This document shows positions 36,493-48,587 of a stretch of DNA of 64,000 bases, in pieces. Numbering within the stretch: the stretch's first letter is position 1; every line of letters begins with the position of its first letter. The stretch is from Lobosporangium transversale (lineage: Eukaryota), in assembly GCF_002105155.1 (NCBI RefSeq), contig NW_019028992.1, positions 496,001-560,000 on the forward strand, given 5' to 3'. A program made the translations under genes and the position numbers. Below the pieces are notes generated by a model. That model was not told where the DNA came from. It did not search any database and saw only the letters and a program-made list of their open reading frames with translations.

Positions 36493-37707
36493 TTAGTTAC
36501 AAGATGACGCGTTGTTGGAATCTGGAGTGGAGACTGGGAGAGAAGAAAGGGTACGACTCTGAATATAAGCTGAGGCTGGGACTGGGATCGAGATTGAAGC
36601 TAAAGGTGAAGTTGAAGTTGAGGTTGAAGTTGAAGTTGAAGTTGAAGCCGAAGGTGGAGCGAGGTCATCGACTGAATGAACACATGCCAACTCTTCATAC
36701 GTTGGAGGTTTGCCTGCGATCAACGTGAATGGAGGAGGACTCACATCCTGTCCATAAGAAGGTATTACAAAGGAATCTATGCTCTCCGAAAATGCCGTGC
36801 CACGTCCTCCAGCAGCGGCACCGTAAGGCTCCTGAGCATATGGATACTGAGGAATGATCACCCCTGTCCGAACCTGATACATGTTCAATCGTGCGGCCAA
36901 TGTCATTTCATTTGCTGGCACCAGATGGGTACCAGCGGTTGCATAGGCATTACCATGTCTTTGAAGAACCATAGGATGTAGTGTACCGTGAGATCGAGCT
37001 GTAGTCAAATTTTGCTGTCGTTGCTTAATGACAGCATTGTACCGGCGATTGATACGCAGACAATGGAGAAAGACAGCCATGAAGCATACAAGAGCCAGTC
37101 CACCTAAGATCAATTGGACTGCAAGGCTGGAGAGTGGAGGCTGACCTTCGGGGTTGTGAATGGAGACTGCTGTTGCTGTTGCTGTTGGTGTTACAGAAGG
37201 AGATGAAATAGTTAAAACTGTTGAAACTGCTGCGATAGAGGTAGGAGTGAAGCCATCAAGTAGAATACGGGAAAATGTGGAGGGTGCTCTGGAGGTTATT
37301 GCGCTTGGAGTAGAGTCAAAAGAAGGCATTAACGCGCCTGAGGCGCGTTTCTTGACAGACTGACTCTTTTTCCGCTTCCATTTCTTTAGATACTGACTTT
37401 TGTGGTTGTTATCGTCCTTATTATTATTATTACTGTCTATAGAGCCGATCCGCTGCAACAATACAGATGATTCTTGTATCGAACCGTTTTCTATGATGTA
37501 AGCATGATCTATGCTATCTACATGTCCATCATCTTTTGATACCGCTGATGGACTCAGAGACGAGGTCTGAAGCCTGCTTCTGTATGTATTGTGATATAAG
37601 TAAGCAATTGAACCCATTGCTTTTTTTTGCTTTTTTCCTTTAAAAGAGAGAAAGAAATAGAGTGTGAAGAGGAAACAAAAGTAAACAGTCCAAATGACAG
37701 AGAACAT
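36493..37707 (-). CDS. Single-pass membrane protein with S/T-rich ectodomain and cytosolic PY motif
   Basis: 404-aa intronless ORF. TM LAVQLILGGLALVCFMAVFL followed by basic residues, PPTY near the C-terminus. The start could instead be 37617. Confidence 0.7.
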   Translation of the reverse strand: MFSVIWTVYFCFLFTLYFFLSFKGKKQKKAMGSIAYLYHNTYRSRLQTSSLSPSAVSKDDGHVDSIDHAYIIENGSIQESSVLLQRIGSIDSNNNNKDDNNHKSQYLKKWKRKKSQSVKKRASGALMPSFDSTPSAITSRAPSTFSRILLDGFTPTSIAAVSTVLTISSPSVTPTATATAVSIHNPEGQPPLSSLAVQLILGGLALVCFMAVFLHCLRINRRYNAVIKQRQQNLTTARSHGTLHPMVLQRHGNAYATAGTHLVPANEMTLAARLNMYQVRTGVIIPQYPYAQEPYGAAAGGRGTAFSESIDSFVIPSYGQDVSPPPFTLIAGKPPTYEELACVHSVDDLAPPSASTSTSTSTSTSTSPLASISIPVPASAYIQSRTLSSLPVSTPDSNNASSCN

Positions 37708-39651
37708 GCACAGATTGTAAAGACTAAATAATTGCGGCAGAATGGCATTTGATGCAGAGGACAGTAGAGTGATTAAGGTGTAAATATACTACATAGACTC
37801 TGAAGAAAGGAATGGAGAACAGAAGATAGAAAGAGAAGAAAAACAAATAACAAAATAGGAGGAACAATTGGACTTGATCTGACCTGACCTAACCTGACCT
37901 GGAAAGGAGAAAGACAAGAGATTAACTTTCCACCTTTATAGTAATGCATAGATCCTTTTTTTTTTTTTTTTTTTACAGGTACGCTAATGAGGTACCGTTG
38001 GTTTTTTGAAATAAGCCTGTCTTATTTAGCAATGAGTGACAAAAAAAATGCCTCAAGAAGTGAGCATGTTCTGCTACGGCCCCAAGCGTTGAAAGATGCA
38101 CAGTGCATACTATGTTACATGCATACAGAACAGTGCAGAGCAGGATAGGTAATGGTGTGGATGATCGTCATTTATCTGCGAATAGGAGAAATACCGCAAA
38201 GCTCAAAAAAAAAAAAAAAAAAAAAAAAAACAGACTAAATACAGTATTGGTGTACATATACATGTACACATGATGCTATTAGTAACTGTAAAAAGTTGTA
38301 GACTGCAGACTCCCTTTCTCTGCACCCTTTGAACGGGCGCAAAGACAATATGTTTGGTGATCGCCCAATTGTGCATGACTAGATTTGTTTCTGTGCCACC
38401 AACAAATGCGCCATTTCTTTATTCTTAAATTGAGAAGTCTTTTTTTTACATCTTTCTCGACAGAGGAGGACAAATGAAAAATAACGCGTTTCGTGGGAAC
38501 AATGAAAGAGAAGGGAGCCTGACAATAAAGAGAACAAGATAAAATAAGCGCATTGAGTTAGTCAATGTCTTTAATCTGTTGGGTAGTATTTACAGTTGAC
38601 CCTATCCCGAAGTTTGTTAAAGGACCTTGATTCAAAAATTAATACAAATAGCAGAAGGTTTCATAAATCTCTGGGCTGCCTAGAATGCGTATATAAGTAT
38701 AGATATGGTAGTATCGTAGCCCTTTAATTGATGACATCTATCTAGTCTCGCGTGTCAACGAGAAACAAAAATTGACTACGCCACTCAAGGAGCAACCTTA
38801 CAAGACTAACTTAGGGCGATGTCGTCCAAAGCAGCAGCACCAGAACTCAAGCGGTACAAATGTATTCTCATGCAGAGAAAGCAAATCCTACAGATAAAAC
38901 TTCAATTGGCATGATTGTTTGTTGACATCTTTATCTTTTTTTATCTTTATTTTCTGCCATCACATTATCTTACACCGTCTTTCTGAATGTTATAGTTATA
39001 TATACCATTGGTCATCCATGGAATGAGTGTTGTTGCTGTGGAAGCATTACTAATATCAGATATTGAAAAAAGAGGTTTATAATGACTTCAACCCAATAAT
39101 GGGAGCAGACAGCAACAACATCAACATTATTCTTCCAATAACTCGTCTTCACAATGCTTGCTTGCAGTCTTCCAGGATGATTCCAAGAAGGAAGGCAAAA
39201 TCCTACTGTGATTTTTTTCTCCACCAACATCATAATGGCTTTATATAGCTAGCTCATACACAATCTTTTCAAGATCAAAGAGAGAGGAAAAGGAGCGACG
39301 TTATCGAGGAGCAATTCATCTACGTTGGATGTGGAGTAATAAGCCACCTTCGGGATTGTTCAACGACTTCTTTTTGATTCAGTGAGCCATTGTTTCGAGT
39401 GCTCTTTTCTTATTCGCTGCTGACAGATCCTTCTTCCAACCTTCTCTCGCCCCAACTTTCTCCTCTCTCTTCTCTTCTAGCCTCACCCGTATTATCATCT
39501 TTCTTTTGCCCTTTCTCTTCTCTGATCCCGACAGCTAATATAAAAGATAAATCACATCAAAGAGAGGAGTGAGAGCGTGGACTGAAGAGCCGCTTTCTGT
39601 TCCTTACTCGTTTGTTTAGCTTCAATAAAATATACCCCACTAGCTCCAACC

Positions 39652-42600
39652 ATGGCATCTTTTGACTCGTTCTCATCCTCATTCATCCCACAAATTCAAA
39701 GACCAAGGGAGTCGTTGTTACACTCTTTAAGAGAACGTGAACGTGGTGCGAATCGAACCAAGTCTCATGTGATTGCAGCTCGACGACTTTATAGGTCCAT
39801 TCACCCAAACACAACCATTCATGGAGTTGACTGTCAGTTCTCTAACCTCAAAAAGTTCACACCTTGTGGTCAGGTAAATCTATGCCTCTACCATGGAACT
39901 TTATGACAAATAAAAACAAGTAACAAGAATGAGAATGGGGAGAGTGAGGACCATACTTTCCCTCGGTTTTTTTCCTTCCATATGCTGCTGCTCCCCTCTC
40001 TCTTCCCCTCTCTTTCCCTCCTAATCACTCTTTTCTTGATTTCTAATCCAGCCTGACCCTTTTTTTCTTGATGGACAAACTTGTGTAGTACCTAATAGGG
40101 ATGTCCAAGAATTACCGTGCAGTACATATTTATCGCTTCAAAGGTTCAGGGAATCCTCCAGAGGAGCGTATGACAGAGTCAATTCGTTTCAAAGACTTTT
40201 TCGAGCTCAAGCATGAGACGCTGGTTCCGAAAGAGTCTGAACTGCTCTCAAAGGACTTTTGTCTGGTGACTGCGAACGGACGCTTTGTAAGTGGACCTTC
40301 CGGCTTTTTTTCTTTTTCTTTGGAAAACAGCAACCCTGCACTCTCTCTCCACTCCTGGAATAGTTGTTGGAGTGTGGTCCCGACCAATTGATTATAAAAA
40401 GATGAATAAGGGGAGGAGTTAATGCTCTTTCTTTTTTTCTCGGTTATTTCCAGCTGTGTTGCATAATCAGGACGTGAAGCGTCTTTTCTTTCCTTTTTTT
40501 TTTATTATACAATACACCATTAATCTAATGATCCTCTCTGGATGAGAACACGTTTAGATCATCGTTGCTGCAGTCTCACCTAACACTGGAACATCATCAG
40601 ATAATCGAATGTACCCTTGCTCATTGAGCTGTATACCCAACTTGGAAACAATTGTATTTTATGTCGTCGAACTAGAAACAGGAAAGGTATTAGAAAAAAA
40701 GGAAGAAAAGGTCATGAGAAAGCAAAAAAAACACTATTTTTTTTTCTCACAGATCTCCGAAGTAACAGCCAATTGATCACGATCCAATCGATGACATTTT
40801 TTAGATTGTTGATAAGAGAGAATTCAAGAATGAGTCTATCACGGTTCCGCACCATTTGGGCGTTAGTCTGTACGACTCCTTGTTTGCTGTAATGTTGATT
40901 CAAAGTCAAGCGATTCAAATTATACACATCAAGGTATCAAATGGTTCACGCGGATAAAATCATTTTAAGGGCAATTGCAGATCCCTATCATGGGTACTAA
41001 ACAAGACTCCTGCTTTTTTTTTTGTCTTGTTTTGTTTTTGTTTTTGTTTTTATCCATTCATAGAGCAATGGAAAGATGATTGATCTACATCGGATAGGCT
41101 GGTTCAATCATGAGGATGATGAGTTGGTGCTGGCACGGTATCGAGATTTTAACGAGAACTATCTTGCACGACAGACAATCAAATCTGCCTCGCCCTATTA
41201 CCATCTCGGATATAACCTCAAGGACGAAGACATGGGTGATCTCAGGACAAAGGATCGTCTGGACTCATTTGCGTTAGCCCCAACGATGCCTAATACAGCA
41301 GAATTCTCTGTAGACGCCACATATCATCAAGTACCTTCCAGTTCCAGCAGCAGCATAGGCCATCCATCACGACCTGCCCATCCTAACCAATCCTTTATAT
41401 CTCAGCTCGCTTACAACAACCAATCTGTATACTGTGATGAGGTATGAGCAGAGTAAGATTCTATACATCTTTGTATTTTAGTGCGACCATCAATTAGGCT
41501 TATAACGTGCATTTTTTTATTTATTTATTTATTTATTAGCCACATTCTCAGATGATCAGTGGAATCAAGCAACGACTGATGGCGTACCTTTTCAGAAAGG
41601 CTTTTAATGCAGATGATGGGTAAAAATTGATAGAATAATTATCTTTTCTTTCCGAACCATTTCCGTTAAAATAGATCGCTAATTATTTATTTCTTATTTT
41701 TAATAATACTTTAGTGGTGCTGCGCTTCGACATTTCCATCTGACGTTCCACCAATTCGCTAATCTGACCATGTGGCGTATGCAACTTTTAGACGAATCAA
41801 CATTGCTTATCAAGTTTGGGAAACTGGACTGTGTTGTTGGGCGTGTAAGACGGCCATTCTATGTTGAACACCTGCTTTTGGCATACCCTTAAATTTCTTG
41901 TAACAATGTTTAACGGCAATTTTTTTTTTCCTTCATCTCGTTAATTCAGCCTGCGGATAGTACTTACCAGACAGCATTCTTTGTCTTTTACGATATTCGG
42001 ACCACAGAAATCTTGGCAGTGTACGATAATGCTTCGGAAGAATTTCTCAAACTGTATGAGGCGTGGGCTGATCAATTCTGTGCAACCGCATACACAACCG
42101 CAGGACGGGACAAGCGCCACTACTCGTCCACCTGCTCCAACAATATATATGCCAAAGACAACCTCAAAAAGACTCAGTATGGAATGAGGCATGCACGAAA
42201 TGGAGGGTAATGAGAGACATTAGTTGTGCATGTCATCGGAAATAGTATAATTTCCACTTTTTTGTTCTTCCTTGGTTAGCTGACGCTTAAGCTTTCACTG
42301 CCTTGACGTGTGTTTATATACCGTAGGATAGCGCAGGCAATCAAGCGCTCGCTTTGCGTACTCCCTTATAGCCCACAATCCCTTAGTGACAGTCCATACC
42401 TCGATCAAGCACTATTCAGCTATGATGAAAAAGTTGTCTCGGCTTCTGATCGCCAACGGCCATGTCAAGATTTTCCGATTAAATTCTATCTTCGTGGAAG
42501 TGGGCAACTCAGATTCAAGATCCATTTATTCAAACCAGGTTCATTGAATGGAAATAATAATATTGGAAATAGCAGTAGCAATGTCAACAGAGGCGAAGCT

Positions 42601-43026
42601 TTCAACTCAATGGCTGTGTTTGATCCAGCGGCTCGTAATAACAACATGATCAGTCATCCTAACCACAATGGCATTGGTATCGGCAACAACATCCATGCTA
42701 CTATCAACATCAATAACAACAACAATAACAATAATATTAATCATAATAATGCTGGAGATAACATTGGCAATGGCACCATAAACACAAACATGAACATGAA
42801 TATGAACATGAATATAAATATGAACGTAAACATGAACATGAACATGAACAATAATAGCACCAACAACAATACTACAGCAGCCAGCAATGCGATCGTTCGA
42901 TCCAAGAGATTTGTCACGTTTATTCCCCACCCGTTTGAACCATTTATCATCTCTGTGATCCAAATTCCTTCACAGCCTCCGGTGCTGAACTTGCATCTTT
43001 ATCGATCAGACGCGGAGCCATTGTAA
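39652..43026 (+). CDS. DET1: De-etiolated 1 homolog (CUL4-DDB1 adaptor; not the yeast acid phosphatase Det1)
   Basis: Nine exons: about 39652-39873, 40089-40286, 40558-40686, 40805-40933, 41065-41441, 41540-41619, 41715-41844, 41950-42207, 42328-43026. Motifs LKKFTPCGQYLI, MWRMQLLD..LLIKF, LPYSPQSLSDSPYLD..LFSYDEK, FIPHPFEPFIISV. Confidence 0.85.
42780..42852 (+). repeat. Coding (AACATG)n repeat encoding (NM)n in DET1
   Basis: aacatgaacatgaatatgaacatg... translates as NMNMNMNMNINMNVNMNMNM. Confidence 0.85.
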
Positions 43027-43276
43027 TTTGTACTATATTGTATTTGAGACAAAGAAAGAAAAAAGCATGGTTTGACTTTCATTTGTTGAATATTGTAGCA
43101 TTATTCTAGCATTTTAAATCCTATTAAAAAAAAAAAAAAAATAAAAAAATAAAAAAATGTGACTGTAACCATTCATGACTAAAACAAGTAATAAATTTCT
43201 TTGAGTGGGCGATCAAATTCAATTTCTCTTGACAATTCTTTTCAACATTCAACATTCAAAATTAAAACTAGCATAA

Positions 43277-43784
43277 ATGGGCTGGTTTTCAAGGTCATCA
43301 ACAACGATAACACCCGCTACTGAAGATCCACAGCAGGAGACGTCTTCAACCTCGATTCTGAAAGCACCTGTGGATGTACCCATAGGACCTACACCTGTCT
43401 CTGCCACTACCAAGGCACCGTTCAAGGTCGAGGCCGCAAAGGCTGTTGCAGCAGTGACATCCAACGAGTCATTGGAGAGTTTGAAAGAGACTGTTGCTAA
43501 AATGGCGATGGCTGCCAATACAGATGATACAGATCATACCGACAATAATACCACTACGACCCCATTAGCCTCCTTAGAGACATCAGAAACGGAGGCAGAA
43601 AGAAAAACAAAAACAGGACCCGAACTAAATGAAGGATCAGGATTAAAGCCAAAGAAAAAAGCACCAGAAATCCTGGACTTTGACGAATACAAGACATCAG
43701 ACGATGTTTTTGATCGCTTCAAAGTTGGAGATGCTATAAACCGACTGGCAGCATGTTCCTGTAAGTTGTTTTTTTTAAAAAAAG

Positions 43785-43817
<33 letters not shown>

Positions 43818-44323
43818 TTTCACCACCTGTTTTTTTATTTAATTATTTATTATTTCCTTGTTTATATCAACTCTATATGGACTCCAACTACATAACTACG
43901 TAATACACGGCAAATTTAAAGCTTTGGGATCCAACCTTCGCAATTACTATCGTTTTGGAGCATACAGAGATTGCAAGGATAAATATGACCATTTAAAATT
44001 CTGTTTGAGCCTCAAGACCAAATCTTCGCAAGTGGCACAGGTCATGATTCAGAAACGTGACGCAGAGATTCGAGCCAAAAAGAAAAGCCAACCTAATTCA
44101 GAAGATGTCTGGGTTGCAAGGAGGTAAGGAAGAAACAAAGAAAAAAAAAAAAAAAAAAAAAAGATTGATATTAATAATAATAACGTAAAATAGTTCTCCG
44201 ATAATGATGCTTAAGAAAATTAATTCTTTTGAATTCTTAACTCTTAGTCATCCTCCTGAAGAACTACAACAGTTATCAAGAGGAGAAATAGACGACGACT
44301 CAGACACCTTTACAAGCGATTGA
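43277..44323 (+). CDS. DUF3128 / Emi1 / C22orf39-like protein
   Basis: Exons 43277-43760, 43922-44123, 44249-44323. ACSSLGSNLRNYYRFGAYRDCKDKYDHLKFCLSLKTK...PNSEDVWVARSHPP. Confidence 0.8.
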
Positions 44324-44619
44324 TTTGAAGAAAAAATAAAATAAAATAAAAATAGAAAAATAAAAAAGGAAGAGGAATAAGAAGAAGAAGAGATAGATCG
44401 AGCAAAATAATGTATGGAATTTATGATCATAATAGTTTATTCGTTAAAAAACAGTGTGGGTGTGGGAGGGGGGGAAGTTGAATCAAAGGCTCAACATTAT
44501 ATAAAATGAAAGAGCAATGGATAGAGATAAAGATGACATTGATGAGAACTATTGAATGGTATAAAGGAACAGGGCAAAGAGAGGAAGAGGGAGAGAAATT
44601 AATTATGATGGTTATCTTA

Positions 44620-46386
44620 TTAATAATCTTGGGCTGATGATGGATTCCAATGAATAGTCGACGCTGCGGCATCCGAATGTGTCTCTGAAATTAGTGTCTG
44701 TCTTATAATTAATTTTTCTGATGGTATCGAGGTCAATCGCTGTTGCACAGATGTGGGTGTTGGTGTAGCATTATTGCTGTGAAGACGTGCTCTTTCAGAA
44801 ATAGATTCTGAATCATCTATAGCCTGTTGACTTAAAGACGACGGTGGCACACTCCAGACGCTCTCTGGAGAATCATACAATGGTGTCTCTGCAAATGAGC
44901 CTGAGTCGTGAGGAGAGCTATTCATTAACTCGCGGCGAAGATCCATGGGCTGCTGATGAAGGTGCTGTGCCTGCCGTCGATGCTGCTGCTGTTGCTGTTG
45001 ATGCTGATAATGATGGCCACGGAAATCTTCCTCGTCGTCTTGATCGTCTTCATCATTATAAAGATTATCACCTCTGTGTCGGGCCTGGTTCAGGTCTCGG
45101 AAAGCAGCTGTATTCCTGCGCGAGCTAGCGCCTTTGGCATAAAATTGCTGTTCAAAGAGTTGCTGTTGATATTGAGGCTGTTGTTGCTGATACTGCTGAT
45201 ACTGCTGCTGTTGGTGGCGAGCAAGTGTCGACGGCAATACTTGAATACTAGAAGAATGAGATCCTGATCCTACAGGTCCTCCGCCGCCTGTTTCCGAACT
45301 TCCTCCTCCTTCACCTCCTTTTGTAGAACCACCACGCTCGCTTTGCGACATTTCGGAATTCAGGCTGCGATTGCTGGGCTTCCGAGCTACTTCTCGTCCA
45401 TCCTTGTTCTTGGACTGGATCAATGGTTGGAAATAATCAAAGATCAAAGTGGCACCACGACGTTGAGCCCACCAGAGAAATAGTAATTTGCCGAGGTTGT
45501 ACCCAGGTATCCAATCCAATAAAAATGACGACCAAGTATCGACCACTTGGACAGTGCCATAGATGCTCCAATAGGCCAGCCATTGTCGCGTAGCCTTGTC
45601 TTTACGCTTTTGAGAGAACTGTGCCCAGCGACGACGCATCCTTTGTTTCATCCTCTCTTCCACTGTCACCGAAACCGAACCACTGGTAGAGGTGATATTA
45701 TCGAAATCAGAGTAGGCGGAATATTCAGATGGGCGGCCCCAAGATGAGCTAATAGATCGACGACTGCTCTCATAATCCTCCTCTGGACTACTGTTACCAC
45801 TATTGCCGCTGTTGTAAGAATTACTGCTTTGCATAGATTCTTCTAACATGCTGTTGGTACTCATCCGATGACGATTCTTTCGTGCACGGTTTCTATTATT
45901 GGAGGATCGAATACTACCGCTGGTACTATATATACTGTTTCTCCGGCGGTGACTATATACAGGGCTATATTCTGTTGGCTCTAAACCTAATCCTTTTGGC
46001 GGAGGGATCGGGTCGCTATTGATGGTTCGGATGGAGCAATAAGCCGGGTACGCAACTGCGCAGAGGTTTGTGGTTAGATAGACACTTCGTTTGTAGAGTT
46101 GTCGGCAAGCATAGAGTGTAAGTAAGCAAAGGAATGAAAAGACATGTTGAGGTTTGAGGCCGATACGGAAGAGAATAAATCGAAAGATGAAGCTTTCAGA
46201 GAGAAGAGATTCTATTTGTTCTATTCGAGAGAGGTGGTGACGACGGATATAGAAGGTAATGGAGGATAGATTTAGAGGCACTGTGGCCTCAATGCGATCT
46301 AAAGTTCGGTCCAGAAGCGCTGTGAAAGGCCGAGGTGCATCTGTCTGTGTAGATGAGTCTACTTTGGCGCGTAAGTAGGACGCCAT
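44620..46386 (-). CDS. Divergent TB2/DP1/HVA22 (REEP/Yop1-like) protein with large loop insertion and disordered tail
   Basis: 588-aa intronless ORF. YPAYCSIRTI and QWLAYWSIYG...WIPGYNLGKLLFLWW align with YOP1 in this same window. Confidence 0.85.
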   Translation of the reverse strand: MASYLRAKVDSSTQTDAPRPFTALLDRTLDRIEATVPLNLSSITFYIRRHHLSRIEQIESLLSESFIFRFILFRIGLKPQHVFSFLCLLTLYACRQLYKRSVYLTTNLCAVAYPAYCSIRTINSDPIPPPKGLGLEPTEYSPVYSHRRRNSIYSTSGSIRSSNNRNRARKNRHRMSTNSMLEESMQSSNSYNSGNSGNSSPEEDYESSRRSISSSWGRPSEYSAYSDFDNITSTSGSVSVTVEERMKQRMRRRWAQFSQKRKDKATRQWLAYWSIYGTVQVVDTWSSFLLDWIPGYNLGKLLFLWWAQRRGATLIFDYFQPLIQSKNKDGREVARKPSNRSLNSEMSQSERGGSTKGGEGGGSSETGGGGPVGSGSHSSSIQVLPSTLARHQQQQYQQYQQQQPQYQQQLFEQQFYAKGASSRRNTAAFRDLNQARHRGDNLYNDEDDQDDEEDFRGHHYQHQQQQQQHRRQAQHLHQQPMDLRRELMNSSPHDSGSFAETPLYDSPESVWSVPPSSLSQQAIDDSESISERARLHSNNATPTPTSVQQRLTSIPSEKLIIRQTLISETHSDAAASTIHWNPSSAQDY

Positions 46387-47276
46387 ATCCTTTGCATATG
46401 TATATCTGGTGAATGCAACCCAAAGTTGCTTGGCACGGTTTGGCTTGGCTTCGCTTTGCTTTGGCAGGCAATCACCAGCTTACTTTTTTATTGGTGGAGA
46501 GTGAATCTATTGTAAGGAAGACAGAGTCTTTATGAAGAAGAGGAAGAAAGAGAAGAGAATAAACGAATGAAAAGAGGAATGCCAAGACGAAGCGGGTTAA
46601 ATGATGAAGCATCGGTCCGAAAAGATATTGAGTTTAAAAAAATCGCATTTCACGTGGGAGAAGAGAAACAAAAACTTTGTTTGTTTTCCAATATGACAAT
46701 ACATAAATATATCCCACAAAGAAAAATAAAACGTGGCTTTTCGTCGCGTGGGTCTACAGATAGGTTATTCGTAGATAATCAAGATGTTCGGTCTACAAAT
46801 TCATGTACTAGTACGAAATTCAGATATTTAATTGAATTCCTCGCATCTGATATTGCTGTACTGCTGCCCACCATTAGAGAGTGTTGTGTAAGTCATCAGT
46901 CTTGAGAACATTTAAAAAGAAAAAAAAGAAGCCAACAAAATGCGCCTTATCTCATCCATCCAATGATATAATTGTCTCATGTAAATTTAATACCAATTGA
47001 TAATCAAGGTCCAGAATGTGAGAACTGGAGTAATGTGTAATTGTTCAGGAGTCTGCCATCTAGTCAGGTCAAAAAGCACGTCGAACCTTAAATTATCGGG
47101 ATCAAGCATGCTGCCAGAGCAGAAACTGTAAGCATTATTTCGAGTGCACGTGGTTTGTGACTATGTAATGGATCTACTGTTTACCTTTTTTTTTTTTTTT
47201 TTTTTTTTTCTAGTTTGCCTGTACATCATCAATAAGCCAATACCCTCCTATACTTTACACTCATTAACATAAAACC

Positions 47277-48587
47277 ATGTTGCGAACAATGTGAGTGCTA
47301 AATAGGATTCGTTGCTCATCATATAAATTCATGTCATTACATTTTATACACACCGCACCAACTGACAACACTTGTATTTCTTGATATAATAGCACGCCAA
47401 GGAACGCTCGTGTGAAGCGAGTGCTAAAGAACAGAGAGGCCAAGACTGAAGAAAACATCAAAACCGCTATTTTTGTCCGCGGAAGTCAAACTAGTCAAAT
47501 TGTCAATAATGCTCTTGCCGACCTTGTACGTCCAATATGATCAATGATCTTGTTCGCTGTTGTCTTTAAGGTCTACATAAGTAGAAATGACATGTTGACA
47601 TGTTATCCTAACCCATTGCTCTGGATATCTCATCTTATGATGTTATGATAATAGTACATGCTCAAGAAGCCCCATGCCATTAACTTCACAAAGAAAAATG
47701 AGATTCACCCTTTTGAAGATCAATCCAACCTACAATTCTTTTCGCAAAAGAACGATGCTTCACTTTTCGTCGTTGGAACACACTCAAAGAAGCGCCCCCA
47801 TACCCTTACTTTCGCCCGCATGTTTGATCATCAGCTTTTAGATATGATCGAAGTCTCTATTCAACATGGAATCCCAATGAAGGACATCAAGGTATGATAT
47901 GATTTCTCCAATATTCAACAAAAAAAAAAAAATGCACTCATTAATTTTACGTAAAGAATTCACAGGAACTAATACTTTCATCAACGCTCCTTCCCGGATT
48001 CTCTTCTTTCACTACTGTTCATATAGACTCCAAAGAGCGCCATTGGAATGAAGCCCTGCTTCTTGTTCAACGGAGACGTTTGGGAACAGAATCCTCACTA
48101 TATTATGTTCAAGTCAATGCTTCTGGATTTCTATCACGGACAAACGGTTGATAAAGTGGCACTAGCAGGGTTGGAATATGTTATTTCGGTCACAGCGGGG
48201 CCGTTGACTTCAGAGGGCAAACCTGGAAAGATTTACTTGCGTACATACACAATCCAATTGAAGCGCTCAGGAGTGAAGCTACCTCGTATTGAGCTTGTAG
48301 AGATGGGGCCAAGTTTGGACATGACATTTGGTCGCATTATGGAAGCTAAGCCCGATGTCTGGAAACAGTCTATGAGGGTACCTAAGGAGCTCAAGCCCAA
48401 GAAGAAGAAGAATGTCAGCAAAGATGAAATGGGTGACACTATTGGTCGTATTCACTTGGGTAGGCAAGACTTTGACAAGATTCAGACCCGCAAGATGAAG
48501 GGACTGAAGAAGAGAACATCAGAGGACAAAGATGAGGGCTCATCGGATAAGAAGCAACGTGTCGATGATAGCGATGATGACGAGTAA
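47277..48587 (+). CDS. RPF2: Ribosome biogenesis Brix-domain protein Rpf2
   Basis: Exons 47277-47290, 47393-47525, 47655-47891, 48027-48587. KKNEIHPFED, HSKKRPH, ELVEMGPSLD, GRIHLGRQD, QTRKMKGLK. Confidence 0.95.

Noticed and set aside
46385..46394. ATATCCTTT, a U12-type donor consensus
   Set aside because: It lies on the + strand over the start of a minus-strand gene, with no + strand host gene or U12 branch site.
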